DNA of 64,000 nt from an uncultured bacterium (GTDB lineage Bacteria; Chlamydiota; Chlamydiia; Chlamydiales; SM23-39), in assembly GCA_963716985.1 (NCBI GenBank), contig OY970323.1:352001-416000 (forward strand), in the 5' to 3' direction. The notes under the pieces were generated by a model, which saw only the letters and a list, made by a program, of their open reading frames with translations, did not search any database and was not told the DNA's origin. A program made the position numbers and the translations under genes. Shown here piece by piece: positions 10,578-21,044 of the stretch (the stretch's first letter is position 1; every line of letters starts with the position of its first letter).

Positions 10578-11300
10578 CGTTTTTCCAATGCGGGAAGGGA
10601 GATGTTCATCCTCATGAGATGACCAAGCATGGCTTGCTGTTTCAAGAGCAAGGGGATTGAAAAATATTTTTTCTTCTATTTCAAGAGATTCCTGAATATC
10701 TTCGAGCCCTGACCCAATTGCGAATCTTGGATTTATCCCACAACCAAATTGAAGAGATTCCTGACTTTTTTAGGGTCTTTGGCCAGTTGATGGAATTGGA
10801 TCTTTCTAATAATCGAATTGAAAAAATTTCCCCGGCCCTGAGCGCTCTGACCCAGTTGCGAGGCTTGGATCTTTCACACAATGAAATATCGGAGATCCCG
10901 GATTTTATAAGAAATCTTACTCTTTTGGAGCAGTTGTTTCTTGGGAACAATAGAATTCATGAGATTCCTCCGACTCTAACCCATCCTCAATTGAAAATCT
11001 TGGATTTGTCCGATAATTTCATTCAAGAAATTCCCGAATTTATAGGAGCGCTTACTCTTTTGGAACAACTGGGTCTTTCCAATAATCGAATGAAAAAAAT
11101 TTCCCCGGCCCTCGGCGCTTTGACCCGGTTGCGAATCTTGGATCTCTCAAGCAATGAAATATCAGAGATTCCGGATTTGGAAGGCCTTGCCCTTTTGGAA
11201 AGACTGGATCTGTCGAGCAATCGAATGAAAGACATTCCCGCCGCTATTCGCGCCTTTATCCATTTGCGAAGGTTGGGCCTTTCAAACAATGACATTGAAG

Positions 11301-13055
11301 GCAAGTGCTCAAAAAGTTGAGGTAAATACCTCATTCTTAGATCCTAAAAAAATATAAATCTTTTCTTTAATCGTTCGTCATCGTAAATTTACTTGCTTAT
11401 GCAGAATAACAATGACCTCATTCAACGAATTTTAGAGCAAAATACCCAGCTCGCTGAAGAAGATCGACGCCTAAGAGATCGCCTCGACATTGCTTTGAAC
11501 ACCATTTCATTTCAGCACGAAGAAATCCAACGACTAAAAGATGAGATTGCAATTCTCAAGGGACAAAAGCCCCGTCCAAAGATTCCTCCCAGCACTTTAG
11601 AGGGGCAACAAAGCAAAGATAAGCAAAACGACAAAAATAAACTCTCCAGGGGGATGCATCCTCGACGTAAAAAAACCAAAAAACTTGAGATACATACCAG
11701 AAGTCGCATTAAGCCCGAATCAGTTCCCGAAGGAGCTACCTTCAAAGGATGTCAGAAATTTACCGTACAGGACATCATTCTTCAGCCTTACAATACCATA
11801 TACGAACTCGAGCGATGGCAATTGCCTGATGGCACTTACTTAACAGGTAAATTGCCGCAAAATATCCAGGGACATTATGGCCCTCAATTGATCAGCTACG
11901 TTTTGCACCAATATTATGGCTGTCGTATTACAGAACCTCTGCTGTTTGCACAGTTGAAAGAAATTGGCGTATTGATCTCCGAAGGACAGTTGAGCAATAT
12001 TTTGATCCAAGGAAAGGAAGCCTTCCATCAGGAAAAGAACGAGCTATTGTCCGCGGGGATAGCAGCTACAGGACAAGTAAAAGTAGACGACACCGGCGCT
12101 CGCCACCGAGGGCATAATGGCTACTCGACGATCATAGGGAACGAATATTTTACCTACATTGTGTCGACAGAAAGCAAAAGTCGCATAAATTTTCTCAAGA
12201 TATTGCATGGGACGGCTCCTCGATATCTTATCAATGAAGACACTGCAGACTACATTGAGACCCTAAAACCCTCGAGTTGGTTAGGAGGATACCTCCTTTT
12301 GCAGGCCCGATATCGATCCATGAATCAAATAGAATGGGAGAAATTTTTACTCGCAATAAACATCAAGTCAGAAAGCGACATAAAACTTGTAACCGAGGCC
12401 GCCCTATTCGCGAGCCTGATAGAAAATGGCATACCAAGAGATCTTGGAGTGCATGGAGATGATGCAGGGCAATTCAATGTCTTCGTTCGATCTTTATGTT
12501 GGATCCATGAGGAGAGGCATTATCGAAAACTCATTCCCTTTGACGAAGCAACACGCAAAGCAATCGAGCAAGTCCGGGGAGAAATTTGGGATTTATACAA
12601 GGGGCTGCAGGAATACAAACTCGCGCCCTCTGAAAGCCTAAAATTGATTCTCGAGCAGAATTTTGACAATTTATTCTCAAAAAAGAAAACCATCAGTCCC
12701 ACCCTAAACAAACAGCTGGCAAAAACTTATGAAAAAAAGGACGAATTGCTCAGGGTATTAGAGAAACCAGACACCCCCCTTCACAATAATGGAACCGAAA
12801 CCGATGCTCGAGAGATGGTGGTTAAGCGGAAAGTATCCGGAGGGACTCGTAGTGAAGAAGGTCAAAAATGTCGAGATACTTTTGTAAGCCTAAAAAAGAC
12901 TTGCTGTAAGCTTGGAATCACTTTTTTCGGATATCTTGAAGACAGAATCAACGGGTTGTGTAAAATTCCCAGGTTGTCGCAAGTAATCGTGTCGCGAGCT
13001 CCCTCGCGGCTCAAAGAAACTTAAAGTTTTTTACCTCAGTTTTATGAGCACTTGC
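11301..13055 (+). mobile_element. IS66-family element (single-ORF, ISBst12-like)
   Basis: TIRs GCAAGTGCTCAAAAAGTTGAGGTAAA / TTTACCTCAGTTTTATGAGCACTTGC; perfect 8-bp TSD CATTGAAG (11293-11300, 13056-13063). Confidence 0.92.
11393..13024 (+). CDS. IS66-family transposase
   Basis: N-terminal coiled coil; VDDTGAR, GDDAGQF, LCWIHEERH, PLHNNGTETDARE..KRKVSGGTRS. Confidence 0.88.
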   Translation: MLMQNNNDLIQRILEQNTQLAEEDRRLRDRLDIALNTISFQHEEIQRLKDEIAILKGQKPRPKIPPSTLEGQQSKDKQNDKNKLSRGMHPRRKKTKKLEIHTRSRIKPESVPEGATFKGCQKFTVQDIILQPYNTIYELERWQLPDGTYLTGKLPQNIQGHYGPQLISYVLHQYYGCRITEPLLFAQLKEIGVLISEGQLSNILIQGKEAFHQEKNELLSAGIAATGQVKVDDTGARHRGHNGYSTIIGNEYFTYIVSTESKSRINFLKILHGTAPRYLINEDTADYIETLKPSSWLGGYLLLQARYRSMNQIEWEKFLLAINIKSESDIKLVTEAALFASLIENGIPRDLGVHGDDAGQFNVFVRSLCWIHEERHYRKLIPFDEATRKAIEQVRGEIWDLYKGLQEYKLAPSESLKLILEQNFDNLFSKKKTISPTLNKQLAKTYEKKDELLRVLEKPDTPLHNNGTETDAREMVVKRKVSGGTRSEEGQKCRDTFVSLKKTCCKLGITFFGYLEDRINGLCKIPRLSQVIVSRAPSRLKET

Positions 13056-13498
13056 CATTGAAGTGATTCCTAATTTCATAAACAAACTTGCAGAGTTGGA
13101 AGAGCTCTTCCTGGAAGACAATTTCATCAGGGTGATTTCAGTTGAGATTTTCAAAAACTTTTCCGGAAAAATAAGGCTTCAAGGGAATCCTCTTTTCCCC
13201 TTTATCCTGATGCAAACCGATGAGTCCCCAACACCTTCTTTGCAGCACCTCCTCTTGTTTCCGAAGCGTTTTTATTCTGGTGATTGAGTCATAACCGGAG
13301 CTTTTCGAGGTTTTCGATCTCCTTCGTAAACAATTATTTTTACGATGAGCCGTCTCGGGTGTTTCCTAATTAAAGTCTTATCGTTTTATGTCTTAGGCGT
13401 GTGTTTTTGTTTTTTTGATTTTGGAAGAATACCTTCGGAATGAGTTTGTTTTTATTAAAAGATGGGGTAAAATTTTCCTAAATTCATTGAAAATGTTT

Positions 13499-14818
13499 AT
13501 GAACTATCCAAAGCTTGCTTTAGTCGGACGGCCCAATGTGGGCAAGTCCGCCCTTTTCAATCGCATCTGTCAAAAAAGACTTGCGATTGTTGATGCAGAG
13601 GAGGGAGTGACCCGTGATCGCGCCTATGCGATGGCAGAGCTTTTTGGAAAAAATTTTCTTGTTGTCGATACCGGGGGAATCGACCCCTTATTGCAAGGGC
13701 CTTTTTCTCAAGAGGTAAGAGAGCAGAGCGAAAGGGCAATCCAAGAGGCGGATCGCGTTGTTTTGGTTGTCGACGGAAGCGTGGGGCTGACGGATCTGGA
13801 TCGAAAAATTGCCGAGCATCTGTCTGAGATGAACAAGTCCTTCGTGGTTGCGGTGAACAAGGTGGATACCATGCAAGACGAGGCGTTTATCCATCCCTTT
13901 TATGCCCTTGGAGGAAAAAAAATTTTTGGAGTATCGGCGCTCCACGGCTTGCAAGTGGTCGAGCTTTTGGAATGCGCTTTCGAGGGCATCGAGTGGCCTG
14001 CGGAAGCAGAGGAAAAAGAGACAAATAGCGCCACGCGTATTGCCATTGTCGGACGGCCGAATGTGGGCAAATCTACTCTTTTGAACTATCTGGTCGGAGA
14101 AGAGCGCACCATTGTCAGCGAAGTGGCCGGAACGACAAGGGACTCGATCGATGTGGAACTCACCGTCGGAGAAAAACGCTATCAGCTTATCGATACTGCC
14201 GGCATTCGTAAGAGAAACAAGTATACGTCTACGATCGAAAAATTTGCCGACCTGCGCACGAAAGAGGCCATCGAACGATCCGATATCTGCATTCTACTTT
14301 TAGATGTTCGCGAAGGCATGACGACGGAGGACAAGAAGATCGCCTCTTGGATTGAAGAAAAGGGCAAGGGATGCATTCTTCTGCTCAACAAGTGGGATCT
14401 TGTCCAAGGATATCGGATGGAAACCTGTGCCAAGGAGTTTCAGCGGGAAGTTCCCTTTTTTCAGCACTGTCCGCTTTTGTTTGTCTCTGCAAAAACGGGA
14501 AGAAATTTGAAAGATCTTTTCTCCCCTATCGAAAAGGTGGAACAATCGCTCAAAACTTCGATCGGCACCTCCGAACTGAACCGCTTTGTAGAAAAATGTT
14601 TGCAAAACTGCCATCCGCCTGCGATCGGGGGGAAGCGTCTTCGCATCTACTATTTGACGCAGGTGGCAAACTCGCCACCCTCGTTTGTTCTTTTTGTGAA
14701 CTATCCGAATCTCTTGACAGAAAGTTATAAAAAATATCTGATCAATAACTTTCGTAAGAGTTTTTCCTTTGTCGGAGTTCCCATTTTTTTCTTCGTCCGA
14801 GGAAAAAAAACAACGTGA
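13499..14818 (+). CDS. der: Ribosome biogenesis GTPase Der (EngA)
   Basis: Two GRPNVGKS P-loops, GVTRD/GTTRD, DTGG/DTAG, NKVD/NKWD, C-terminal KH-like domain; start 13493 or 13499. Confidence 0.96.
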   Translation: MNYPKLALVGRPNVGKSALFNRICQKRLAIVDAEEGVTRDRAYAMAELFGKNFLVVDTGGIDPLLQGPFSQEVREQSERAIQEADRVVLVVDGSVGLTDLDRKIAEHLSEMNKSFVVAVNKVDTMQDEAFIHPFYALGGKKIFGVSALHGLQVVELLECAFEGIEWPAEAEEKETNSATRIAIVGRPNVGKSTLLNYLVGEERTIVSEVAGTTRDSIDVELTVGEKRYQLIDTAGIRKRNKYTSTIEKFADLRTKEAIERSDICILLLDVREGMTTEDKKIASWIEEKGKGCILLLNKWDLVQGYRMETCAKEFQREVPFFQHCPLLFVSAKTGRNLKDLFSPIEKVEQSLKTSIGTSELNRFVEKCLQNCHPPAIGGKRLRIYYLTQVANSPPSFVLFVNYPNLLTESYKKYLINNFRKSFSFVGVPIFFFVRGKKTT

Positions 14819-14873
14819 ATATTTGCTTTTTTGCTTACGTCTGACTATAAGCTAGGGATGAGGGGGATGAGGC

Positions 14874-16661
14874 ATGAAGGGATGGAAAGAGGTTTTTTTT
14901 CGTCTGATTCCCAAAGATCTTTTTGCATCCAGCTTTTTGACCGATCTTAAAAGTTATGATCTTCCCACTTTTAAAAGTGATTTTTTTGCGGCGCTAGCCG
15001 TTGCTCTTTTGACCATTCCTCAATCCATTGCCTACTCCCTTTTGGCGGGCTTGCCTCCGAGCGCAGGTCTTTTTTCTGCGATTTTCGGAACGATTTTTAC
15101 CGGGGCTTTGGGCTCTTCCAAACATCTGGTCTCCGGACCTTCGACCGGTGTGGCTATTTTGATTCAGTCGGTGATCAGCGATACCATGGCGACTCTTTAT
15201 CCGTCTGTTTTGGGAGACGAAAGGGATTTTCTCGTGCTCTCGATTTTGACCCATATCGTTTTGATGATGGGAATCGTGCAGCTTTTGTTTGCTTTCTTTC
15301 ACTTGGGAAAAATGCTGCAGTTTGTGTCTCATTCCGTTGTGCTGGGCTATTTTTCGGGTGTGGTGGCCGCCGTTTTTGTCAACCAGATGTACTACTTTAC
15401 GGGTATATCTTCTCCCGAGGGTGTGCACAACGTGCTCTCCAAGGCGTTTTATCTGCTCAGTCAGCTTTTTTTCCTCCATTGGGAGGTATTGTTTTTTGGT
15501 GTTTTGAGCTTGGGTTTGCTCCTTGTTTTGGAAAAACGTTTCCGCAAACTGCCCTGTCCTCTGGTCATGCTCTTGGCCATCGGGATATTGGCAACGCTTT
15601 TCAATGAACTCTTTTCTCACTGGATGCAAACAAAAGCGTTTCACGTAACCAATCTCGGAGATTTGGGATTTTCTAAAGCTCCTCGCATATTGATCCATCT
15701 GCCCTCGTTGAACTGGAGTTTGATCAATCAACTCTTTCTGCCCAGCTTGGCCATTGCCCTTCTTTCGATTTTAGAGGTCTTTTCCGTATCCAGGGGCCTT
15801 GCTTCCAAAAGCGGACAGCAGGTGCATGCGAATCAAGAGGTCTTTTCGGTTGGGTGCAGCAATACTTGCCTTTCCTTTCTTGCGGGGGCTATGCCGGCGT
15901 CTGGAAGCGTTTCGAGAAGCACGTTAAATTTTATCAGCGGGGGAAAAACACGCATCGCCTCAATTATGAGCGCTTTGATCACGATCGTTTTCGTCTTTTT
16001 AGCGTGGCCGCTTGTCAAGCATATTGCCGTTTGTTCTTTGGCGGCCCTGGTCATTTTTATTGCCCCTTCCGTTGTCGACCTGCGGCAGGTAAAGCTCTCC
16101 TTTCGTGCAACGAGAGGGGATGGTTTTGTTTTTGTCTTTACGATGCTGAGCTGTCTGATTTTTAGCTTGGAGGTTGCTTTTTTCTTAGGCATCGTCATTT
16201 CCATTGCTTCTTTCTTGAGAAAAGTTGCAACCCCTCTTCTCGTAGAATATGCGTTCAACTCCTCGGGCCGCTTGATGATCATCGATACGGGCAAGGTGCA
16301 TCGCAAGATTCGCATCATCGGCGTTGGAGGAGAGCTCTTTTTTGCCGCCGTTGAACTGTTTCAACATGCGATGCAAGAGGTAGCGGAAGATCCTTTTGTC
16401 GAAGCGATCGTGCTTCGTCTGAACGGAGTGCACTATATGGATGCTTCTATGTGTTTTGCGCTGATGCGTTTGGAAGAGTTTCTCAAAACGACCAAACGCC
16501 ATCTGATCATTTCCGGCATCGCTCAGGAAGTTTGGGAGACGCTGCGACGGGCCGGGCTAATCGAACAGATAGGCAAAGACAATGTTTTTCTTACCAATGA
16601 AACCGATCCGCAGCTTTCTACCTGGAAAGCCTGGATGCGGGCAGAAGAAGTGCTTTCTTAG
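14874..16661 (+). CDS. SulP-family anion transporter with STAS domain
   Basis: IPQSIAYSLLAGLPP, GSSKHLVSGP, SGSVSRST, C-terminal GELFFAA...VHYMDAS STAS domain. Confidence 0.93.
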   Translation: MKGWKEVFFRLIPKDLFASSFLTDLKSYDLPTFKSDFFAALAVALLTIPQSIAYSLLAGLPPSAGLFSAIFGTIFTGALGSSKHLVSGPSTGVAILIQSVISDTMATLYPSVLGDERDFLVLSILTHIVLMMGIVQLLFAFFHLGKMLQFVSHSVVLGYFSGVVAAVFVNQMYYFTGISSPEGVHNVLSKAFYLLSQLFFLHWEVLFFGVLSLGLLLVLEKRFRKLPCPLVMLLAIGILATLFNELFSHWMQTKAFHVTNLGDLGFSKAPRILIHLPSLNWSLINQLFLPSLAIALLSILEVFSVSRGLASKSGQQVHANQEVFSVGCSNTCLSFLAGAMPASGSVSRSTLNFISGGKTRIASIMSALITIVFVFLAWPLVKHIAVCSLAALVIFIAPSVVDLRQVKLSFRATRGDGFVFVFTMLSCLIFSLEVAFFLGIVISIASFLRKVATPLLVEYAFNSSGRLMIIDTGKVHRKIRIIGVGGELFFAAVELFQHAMQEVAEDPFVEAIVLRLNGVHYMDASMCFALMRLEEFLKTTKRHLIISGIAQEVWETLRRAGLIEQIGKDNVFLTNETDPQLSTWKAWMRAEEVLS

Positions 16662-16835
16662 TTGTTGTCGGCAACTTCTTTAAGACTTGCTTTCAAATTC
16701 TCCTCTGTTGCCCCAACCTTTTATCTTCGGGGGGATATTGTAACTTTGGAGAAATAGGGACATTATCACTTTGGATTTACACCAAAAAAAATTCATTGAC
16801 AGAAAGAGGATTGCGATTAAAACTTCATCCCTCTC

Positions 16836-19028
16836 ATGATTAAGGAAGGTTTTATGACAGCATCGTCGATAAAACAACCCTTTAGATATTCGAATGCCAC
16901 CGACCTGGCTGCCCAAATCTCTACGCTTGATGGCTTTAAAAAACTCAGAACGCATCAACCCCATGTGAGCCGAAAAAGCGTCCAATGGTCAACCCAGTTA
17001 CATGCTCTATGTGAACGAGTGGATCTACTGTCCGAGAAAATTGCTGATGGCGAACGCGTCTCTCAAGAACTTTTGCAAAGGGTAGATCGAAGAATTGATA
17101 AATTGGCAAGCGAGCAGTGCACTCGAGAAACTCATCAAATAATTGTCCGAGCGCAACAATCTGTCCGAAACATTCTTTCGGTCAATAATACCTTCGCCCA
17201 TTCACCAAAAACAACGCCCTTTGTTCCGGAGTCTGTCATTCCTGCTTTTCGACCAGGTTGGAAAAGCTGGCTTATGCAAGGACTGTACTTCCAGGGTGCT
17301 CTGGGTTTGGGAATGTCACCACAAACCTCTTCAACAACGTCTGCTTTATGCAATGTAACTCATTGTACACCTACTGATCGCGCCTTAACATATGCAGAGA
17401 TAGGAGGGAGGGCAGCACAAAGCGCACAACTCCTCCCATCTCTTTCCTTGACAACAGAGCATAAGCCACTTTGTGCAAGTACCGGTAAACAATCTGAGCC
17501 ACCCGCAGAAAGATGGTCTTTCCAGCCTGTTTACGATTTTTTTAATTGGCTGCGGGGATCTTCCACGCCCAGAAATAGAAACTGCTTGACACCCGATTGC
17601 CCCGACCTAGACAAAGATAAATTAGAAGAAAGAGAAAAAGAATTAGTCGAATCGGTTTTTTTTCCAATAATGCGTGTAAGAATTCAATTGGGGACTACCT
17701 CGCTTTTCGACAGGTTGAATTTTCAAAAAACGCAAGAATGGTTGCGGTTTCGAAGAGATGATCCTCGTGATAAATTACTTGTTGCTGTTTCTGTTTCTGA
17801 TGGGGCTGGAGTTTCTGATCCAAAAAATTCCTATCAAATATTCCGGCCATTAAACGAAATGTATGACATAAAATATGTTGTCATCAAAAGTCTTGAAGAA
17901 CTTTGTAGTGAAATTCAGCAAGCAACAAAAACCGGAAAGCTTGCTCATGTTCTTATTGAATCACATGGAAACCCAGAAGCTATCACGATTTATGAAGGAA
18001 CAAATCAAATCAACCGTTGGTCATTCAGTCGTGGGTCAAGGTTTTCGGATTGTTTTTCTGGCATGGAACCAGCGGGCAAAATACTGCTTATTAGCTGCAG
18101 CACAGGAAAACCGCAAAATGGTAATCCTTTTGACAACATTGCCACATCCATAGCGGACGATACAAAAAAAACAGTCATTGCTCCAACAGATGATGTGTAT
18201 CCCTCTCTCACTACTATTTCATCGGAAAGTCCGCTAAATTTGCACCATGAACATATTCCAAACTGGCGCCAATTCAAATTTGTATCTACTAATTTTAGAG
18301 CTTTCTTTTCTCGATATCCTTCCTGCGATGGCTTATCAGAAAATAGGCTTCATCCTCGAGAGCAATTAGCCATCCGATCCATTCAAGACGAGCTTATTAG
18401 AAAGGGTTTTTTGCATGAGACTCCTTCGTTTCAAGAAATGCAGGATTATCTACGTCTATGCAAAGATGATCCCAAGAAGAAATTTCTTTACCTTCAGGCG
18501 CAAGAAGATCCGACTGGATTTTTGAATCCCAGCCATTTTTCATCCTTGTTGGTCGATATTGCTGACAAATTCGATCTAAAGTTTAAAGTCATCCAACAAG
18601 ATAAAGAAATTTGCGATGAAGTAAAGCTTGCCATTGATAGTGGAAATTTAGCTGCCGTTTTGATTCAGGCCCATGGAAAACCAAATCAACTGAACATAAC
18701 AGCCACACCTTTTAGCTGGCTACAAAGAACTTATGAGATGTTTTTTGGGGGAACTGGAATTTTTCCGGACTGTCTTGCAAGAATCCCATCTTCAGCTCGC
18801 ATTATTCTTTTAGCCGAATCCACCGGAGCCGACCCAACCGAAGAGTTTGATGAGAACCTAGCAACAAAAATTGCACGCAAAATACAACGGACCGTAATTG
18901 CTCCAACAAAACCTATCCATATAGATAAAGTTTCTTTAAAATCATGCAGCCCAGTGGAAGTACATCATCCAACCTCTGGAGTTATATTTGATTCGAGTGG
19001 AAACGTTTTTAAACAATTTGATCCCTGA
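16836..19028 (+). CDS. Large hypothetical effector-like protein with tandem clan-CD-like peptidase domains
   Basis: Internal duplication: IESHGNP...LLISCSTG...NIATSIA...TVIAPT and IQAHGKP...ILLAESTG...NLATKIA...TVIAPT. Confidence 0.7.
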   Translation: MIKEGFMTASSIKQPFRYSNATDLAAQISTLDGFKKLRTHQPHVSRKSVQWSTQLHALCERVDLLSEKIADGERVSQELLQRVDRRIDKLASEQCTRETHQIIVRAQQSVRNILSVNNTFAHSPKTTPFVPESVIPAFRPGWKSWLMQGLYFQGALGLGMSPQTSSTTSALCNVTHCTPTDRALTYAEIGGRAAQSAQLLPSLSLTTEHKPLCASTGKQSEPPAERWSFQPVYDFFNWLRGSSTPRNRNCLTPDCPDLDKDKLEEREKELVESVFFPIMRVRIQLGTTSLFDRLNFQKTQEWLRFRRDDPRDKLLVAVSVSDGAGVSDPKNSYQIFRPLNEMYDIKYVVIKSLEELCSEIQQATKTGKLAHVLIESHGNPEAITIYEGTNQINRWSFSRGSRFSDCFSGMEPAGKILLISCSTGKPQNGNPFDNIATSIADDTKKTVIAPTDDVYPSLTTISSESPLNLHHEHIPNWRQFKFVSTNFRAFFSRYPSCDGLSENRLHPREQLAIRSIQDELIRKGFLHETPSFQEMQDYLRLCKDDPKKKFLYLQAQEDPTGFLNPSHFSSLLVDIADKFDLKFKVIQQDKEICDEVKLAIDSGNLAAVLIQAHGKPNQLNITATPFSWLQRTYEMFFGGTGIFPDCLARIPSSARIILLAESTGADPTEEFDENLATKIARKIQRTVIAPTKPIHIDKVSLKSCSPVEVHHPTSGVIFDSSGNVFKQFDP

Positions 19029-19042
19029 AGGAGAAAAACAAA

Positions 19043-19444
19043 ATGACAATCCGAAGCATTTCTACCCTTATCGGCAGTCGCATAAGCGAGAATTTTTCCA
19101 AAAACAAAGAAGAAATTTTATTCAAAGCTCTGGTCACAACAGTGTGCATCATTGCTCTTAGTATTTTAGCTAGTCTTGCGGCCGCACTAACAGGAATTGC
19201 CATTGGAATGCTTTCAGCACTTGCCGTTTTTTGTACTGCTTCAGTAATTACCCACTTATTACAAGACAACCGAAGCTTTATTCAAAGAGCGGTCACTGGA
19301 GTAAAAATGCATATTCAAACACACTCCTATTTCTATTCTGCGATTGCTTGTTTATTCGTAGCTTGCGAAGCCAAAATAATTTACGAGAAGACGGGCGCTT
19401 CCCATTTTCTGGGTAGTCGCATAATCTATAAAAAATTTCTTTAA
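19043..19444 (+). CDS. Inc-like protein
   Basis: ~45-aa bilobed hydrophobic domain; AAGGAG RBS. Confidence 0.65.
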   Translation: MTIRSISTLIGSRISENFSKNKEEILFKALVTTVCIIALSILASLAAALTGIAIGMLSALAVFCTASVITHLLQDNRSFIQRAVTGVKMHIQTHSYFYSAIACLFVACEAKIIYEKTGASHFLGSRIIYKKFL

Positions 19445-19461
19445 AAAAGTGCTTAAAGATT

Positions 19462-19549
19462 GGAGGAACTGGAATTTTTCCGAACTGTCTTGCAAGGGTC
19501 CCATCTTCTGCTCGCATTATTCTTTTAGGCGGATCTACCGGAGCTGACC
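19462..19549 (+). repeat. Relic copy of part of the 16836..19028 gene (second peptidase-like domain)
   Basis: GGAACTGGAATTTTTCCG...CGCATTATTCTTTTAG...ACCGGAGC closely matches ~18748-18835. Confidence 0.75.
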
Positions 19550-19741
19550 TCACCCTAAACAAACAAGAAGCAAAATCGATGCTTGCTTACGTGCATGGAG
19601 CTATACGGCCGGAGTTTCTCCTATAAAAACCGGACCATTAACTTGCTCGTTTTTGTTCTCTCAAAAATTCTCATGGCGAGAGCATTTTTAAAAAAAATTC
19701 ATTGACAGAAAGACGATTGCGATTAAAACTTCATCCCTCTC

Positions 19742-20729
19742 ATGATTAAGGAAGGTTTTATGACAGCATCGTCGATAGAACAACCTTTTAGATATTCGAA
19801 TGCCACTGACTTGGCTGTTCAAATCTCTACGCTTGATGGCTTTAAAAAACTCAGAGCGCATCAACCCCATGTGAGCCGAAAAAGCATCCAATGGTCAACC
19901 CAATTACGTGCTCTATGTGAAGGAGTGGATCTACTGTCCGAGAAAATTGCTGATGGTGAACGCGTCCCTCAAGAACTTTTGCAACGGGTAGATCGAAGAA
20001 TTGATCAGTTGGCAAGCAAGCAGTGCACTCGAGAAGATCATCAAAAAATTGTCCGAGCGCAACGATCTGTCAGTAACATTCTTTCAGTCAATAAAACCCT
20101 CGCCTATTCACCAAAAACAACGCCCTTTGTTTCGGAACCTGCCATCCCTGCTTTTCGGCCAGGTTGGAAAAGCTGGCTTATGCAAGGACTTTACTTCCAA
20201 GGTGCTCTGGGTTTGGGCATGTCACCACAAATCTCTCCAACAACGTCTGCTTTATGCAATGTGACTCATTGTACACCTGCCGATCGATCCCTAACACATG
20301 CAGAGATGGTAGGGAGTGCAGTACAAAGGGCACAAATCCTCCCATCTCTTTCCTTGACAACAGAGCACAAGCCACTTTGCGCAAGTACCGGTAAACAATC
20401 AGAGCCACCCGCAAGAAGAGGGCCTTTCCAGCCTGTTTACGATTTTTTTAATTGGCTGCGGGGATCTCCCACACCTAGAAATAGGAATTGCTTGACACCC
20501 GATTGCCCCGACCTAGACAAAGATAAACTAGTAGAAAGAGAAAAAGAATTATTAGAAGAAAGAGAAAAAAAATTAGCCAAAGCCGAATCGTTTTTTTTCC
20601 AAAAAATCTTCAGAAAAATTCAATTGTGGTCTACCTCGCTTTTCGACAGTTCGAGTTTTCAAAAAACACAAGAGAGTTTTCAAGAGACACAAGAATGGTT
20701 GCGATTTCGAAAAGATGACCCTCGTGATA
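19742..20729 (+). pseudogene. Paralog of 16836..19028 truncated by IS3
   Basis: Highly similar sequence including the upstream region from ~19690; homology stops at CCTCGTGATA, exactly where the IS3 end begins. Confidence 0.88.
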
Positions 20730-21044
20730 TGAGGTGGTTGGCCGAGGTTGGACACGTTTTGACGAAAACTAAGTTAAACTTTCTGCCCCATTCTCTTTCC
20801 TTGGTTTCTAACTGAGCATCCAAGGACTGCTCGAGTCTAAAATATCCTTCTCTATTTTTCAACCTGTTTTTTCTTTTATTCTCACTCATGCCGGTAGGCT
20901 GGGGGAGTTTGAGGGGGCTTCCCCCTCATAAAAACTTAAAAACAAGTCTCCCAAGTCCAACCGTAGGGCGGAAGCAGGGGTCTGGGGGCAGCGCCCCCGA
21001 CAAGCTTTTGCAAAACAATCCTGTACTCTTTTGCTCCCAATTTC

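Larger units (their letters stand above)
10682..13287 (+). pseudogene. Leucine-rich-repeat protein, 5'-truncated and interrupted by an IS66-like element
   Basis: ~9 LxxLxLSxNxIxxIP repeats in 10682..11300; removing the IS and one TSD gives in-frame NDIE-VIPNFINKL joining 13063..13287; no ATG after the TGA at 10658. Confidence 0.85.

Noticed and set aside
10682..11300. ~69-bp periodic repeats as a possible CRISPR array
   Set aside because: They are in-frame LRR coding repeats without unique spacers; no cas genes were seen.
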